NCBI GenBank assembly: GCA_963835065.1
Contig: CAWIEK010000044.1
Location: forward strand, 1-64,000
Reading direction: 5' to 3'
Source: an uncultured Chthonomonadaceae bacterium
GTDB taxonomy: Bacteria > Armatimonadota > Chthonomonadetes > Chthonomonadales > Chthonomonadaceae
Length of the DNA stretch: 64,000 bases
The notes under the pieces were generated by a model, which had not been told where the DNA came from, did no database searches, and saw only the letters and a program-made list of their open reading frames with translations. Positions 61,556-64,000 of the stretch are shown one piece after another; within the stretch, counting starts at the first letter, position 1; each line of letters starts with the position of its first letter. The translations under genes were made by a program, and so were the position numbers.

Positions 61556-64000
61556 GTGGCTGGTTTTCTGGCGGACCTTCCGAATATATCGCCGCTTTTT
61601 CAGGGCCGTGAAGAATTGGCGAACGCGCTCCTGGGCGCGCTTGCCAAGATCAACACGGACGATGGTTCGCCCACGCCCCTCAGCGTTGCCCTGGAAGAGT
61701 TCGACGCCCTAAATAAGAAGCTCGACATAGACGTGAGCGGCCTCACGGTTAAGCTGCCGTCCGCCCTCAAAACCATTGAAAACCTGCTGCCGTCCGATTT
61801 GTTCGACAGCATTGACTCCATACAGAAGGACTTCAACGACGCGCGCAAGTTCCTCGAAGACAGCGAACTGCGCCATGCCATAGCCGACGGCGCGGATTTA
61901 CAAACTGTCGCGCTTGCCGTGATAGACGATGTTCTGGCCCTGTTCAAAACCCGGTTGGGCGATCTTGCCAAACAGTTGATTGACCCCGCTCTGGTGGCGC
62001 AGATAACGTCGGCGTTTCAGGCGATGGAGGATTTCAAGGCCAACTTCGCCGGGAAAAAGGCAAACTTTGAAACCTTTGCCAACGACTTTCTCATCGGCAA
62101 TCCACTTGACCTGCTGAAATCGCCGCAGGACTTTCTGAACAAACTGTACGCCGACTTCGACGCGCTCAAAGATGACAATCTGAAATCGCTGCTTGGTCAG
62201 GCGCAGACCGCGCTTGCCGACGCCCTGAAAGCCCTGCAGGATCAACTGCAAAAGCCCTTCGACGCTACTGTGGACGCCGCGTACAAGACGCTGGACGATC
62301 TGGTTCTCGCGGTTGACAGCGCCCTGCATACGCTTCTGGACGCGGCCACAAAAGTGTACGGCACGGTGCAGACGGTGGTTGACAGCAGTATTTGGGATAC
62401 GTTATTCGCCACGTACAGCCAGGCGCTGGACAGCCTGCCCCTGACGCGCCCACCCAGCCTCAATGAAATGGTGGACACCATTGCTAACGCGCTGGACGGC
62501 ATCGTCGGCAAGTTCGATACGGGATTGACACCGGCGGAACTGCAAAAGCGCATGGGCGCGTTGACGCAATCCCTGCACGACTCGCTGGTGAAATCCGCCA
62601 TGTGGCAGACCCGGCAGCTGCTCATTGATTTTCTGGCGACGATACAACACGCTATCGAAGGTATCCCGCTGGAACAGGTGCGCGACAAAGTTCAAGCGGC
62701 TATGACGACGGCGCATCAGAAACTTGATGAACTGGGCGTCACCAATATCGCGCAAACTATCGCCGACGCTTTCAAAAACGCGCAGGATTTTATTACCGCC
62801 CAGATCAACGATAACCTGATTGCCACGATTAGCGCCGGCATGGATCAAGTCATTGCCGAGATGAACAAGCTGCCGATTGACAACCTGCTCAATCAAATTT
62901 CAGCGGGCGTACAAACAGTACAGGACGTGATTGACAAGGTGGACAAGGCGCTTTCCGACAAGATCGCGGAAGTCAACACCCTGCTGGAAAAATTGGACGG
63001 ACTGAGCTACGCGCCTGTCAGCAACGAAGTCATCGGGGAGATTGACAAGGTAAAGCAGAAGCTGCAGGCGATGCGTCCCGACGCGCTTTCCAGCGCGCAA
63101 AAATTGGCGATCAAGGCCGCGCTGGCCGTTCTGGAAGCCGTGAAGCTGGAAGATGTTGTAGAAACCGAAATCAAAAAGGGCTACCACGCGGCGGAAGGCG
63201 AAATCAAGAAATTACTCGATGCGCTGACCGAAAAACTAAAAGAGTTCAAGGATAAGATAGACATTTTCGATCCCAAAACGCTGCTTGCGCCGGTCAACGA
63301 AGTGTTTGCCAAAGCGAGCGCGGAACTGGAAAAGATCAACGGGCGGCTGCTTGCCAAACCCTTGTTCGCGCAGTTCGACAAGGTTTCCGGCCTGCTGGAG
63401 CATCTGTCGCCGGGCAATTTATTGCAGCCCCTGGAAGCGCCGTATCAAACGCTGATCGGGTTTGCGGACAAATTGGACCCCGACAGGTGGATCGGTTCAC
63501 TTGATGACCTGTACAAGCAACTTCAGAATTTGCTGAAGTACACGGACGTGTCGCCGCTGATGGCTGAACTTGACAAGCGCCGCGCGGCCTTGTTCGATGA
63601 TGCCCGCAAAGCGATGGGCGACGCCTTAGATCAGGCCGTGAAGAGTTTGCCCACGCCCCTGCAAGCCTCATTCGGAGCCGTCGCGCCCGTGCTGGACGAC
63701 GCGGCGACAATTTTATTCGGCGGCAAGGATACGGATTTAAGCACGGTTGGCGCAGACCTTGCCAAAAACTACAAACTCAGCGGCGTGTTCGCGCCCCTCG
63801 AATCGCTGTTTGATGAGTTCGTCGCTCTGGTCAATGCCGCGCCCCACGATGATGTAACGGCAGTCCTGAACGACATACGAGGCGGCCTGACAACCGGATT
63901 GGGCGCGCTTGATCCCGCGAATGTGGTCAGCGCCCTGCGAACCATACAGCAGCGCCTTGCCGGATTGACGCCCTCGACAATGCTGCAACTGCCTGACGCG
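61556..64000 (+). CDS. Large all-helical protein (tape-measure-like or apolipoprotein-like); runs off window
   Basis: Absent from ORF track because it has no stop. GGAG RBS, then GTG GCT GGT TTT...; same frame at 63362 and at the window end; L/D/A/K-rich with LDP..LL.P turns. Confidence 0.8.
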   Translation, partial: MAGFLADLPNISPLFQGREELANALLGALAKINTDDGSPTPLSVALEEFDALNKKLDIDVSGLTVKLPSALKTIENLLPSDLFDSIDSIQKDFNDARKFLEDSELRHAIADGADLQTVALAVIDDVLALFKTRLGDLAKQLIDPALVAQITSAFQAMEDFKANFAGKKANFETFANDFLIGNPLDLLKSPQDFLNKLYADFDALKDDNLKSLLGQAQTALADALKALQDQLQKPFDATVDAAYKTLDDLVLAVDSALHTLLDAATKVYGTVQTVVDSSIWDTLFATYSQALDSLPLTRPPSLNEMVDTIANALDGIVGKFDTGLTPAELQKRMGALTQSLHDSLVKSAMWQTRQLLIDFLATIQHAIEGIPLEQVRDKVQAAMTTAHQKLDELGVTNIAQTIADAFKNAQDFITAQINDNLIATISAGMDQVIAEMNKLPIDNLLNQISAGVQTVQDVIDKVDKALSDKIAEVNTLLEKLDGLSYAPVSNEVIGEIDKVKQKLQAMRPDALSSAQKLAIKAALAVLEAVKLEDVVETEIKKGYHAAEGEIKKLLDALTEKLKEFKDKIDIFDPKTLLAPVNEVFAKASAELEKINGRLLAKPLFAQFDKVSGLLEHLSPGNLLQPLEAPYQTLIGFADKLDPDRWIGSLDDLYKQLQNLLKYTDVSPLMAELDKRRAALFDDARKAMGDALDQAVKSLPTPLQASFGAVAPVLDDAATILFGGKDTDLSTVGADLAKNYKLSGVFAPLESLFDEFVALVNAAPHDDVTAVLNDIRGGLTTGLGALDPANVVSALRTIQQRLAGLTPSTMLQLPDA

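Noticed and set aside
56404..64000. Intact prophage or T6SS
   Set aside because: No head, packaging or integrase genes and no TssB/C or membrane-complex genes in view. The sheath is single-chain phage type. The downstream part is unseen.

Overview
GC-rich bacterial chromosomal window. Gene content and repeat style suggest an Armatimonadota-like genome; this is inference and was not tested. From left to right it holds: an isolated fliI-fliJ-lytic transglycosylase unit; a lower-GC MerR-HTH / N6-adenine DNA methyltransferase / PIN locus in which the MTase carries a VapB-like antitoxin tail; a secreted CHAT protease with a DUF928-like partner; metabolic and envelope genes; a PD-(D/E)XK endonuclease abutting tRNA-Pro(GGG); nnr; a large FHA-vWA-PP2C-Ser/Thr kinase operon interrupted by toxin-like cassettes; glycosyltransferases; tRNA-Pro(CGG); an AAA_35-WD40 STAND protein; and the start of a capsid-less contractile-tail (tailocin/eCIS-like) operon running off the right edge. 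Non-coding highlights are two copies, 38 kb apart, of an element with an ECF-type promoter, a strong RBS, an 8-codon ORF and a 52-nt identical core; many inverted heptamer-repeat hairpins, each with a different unit; and composite heptamer cassettes inserted inside genes. About ten single-base frameshifts in otherwise intact genes suggest indel errors in the assembly, so every frame-dependent claim needs read-level checking.
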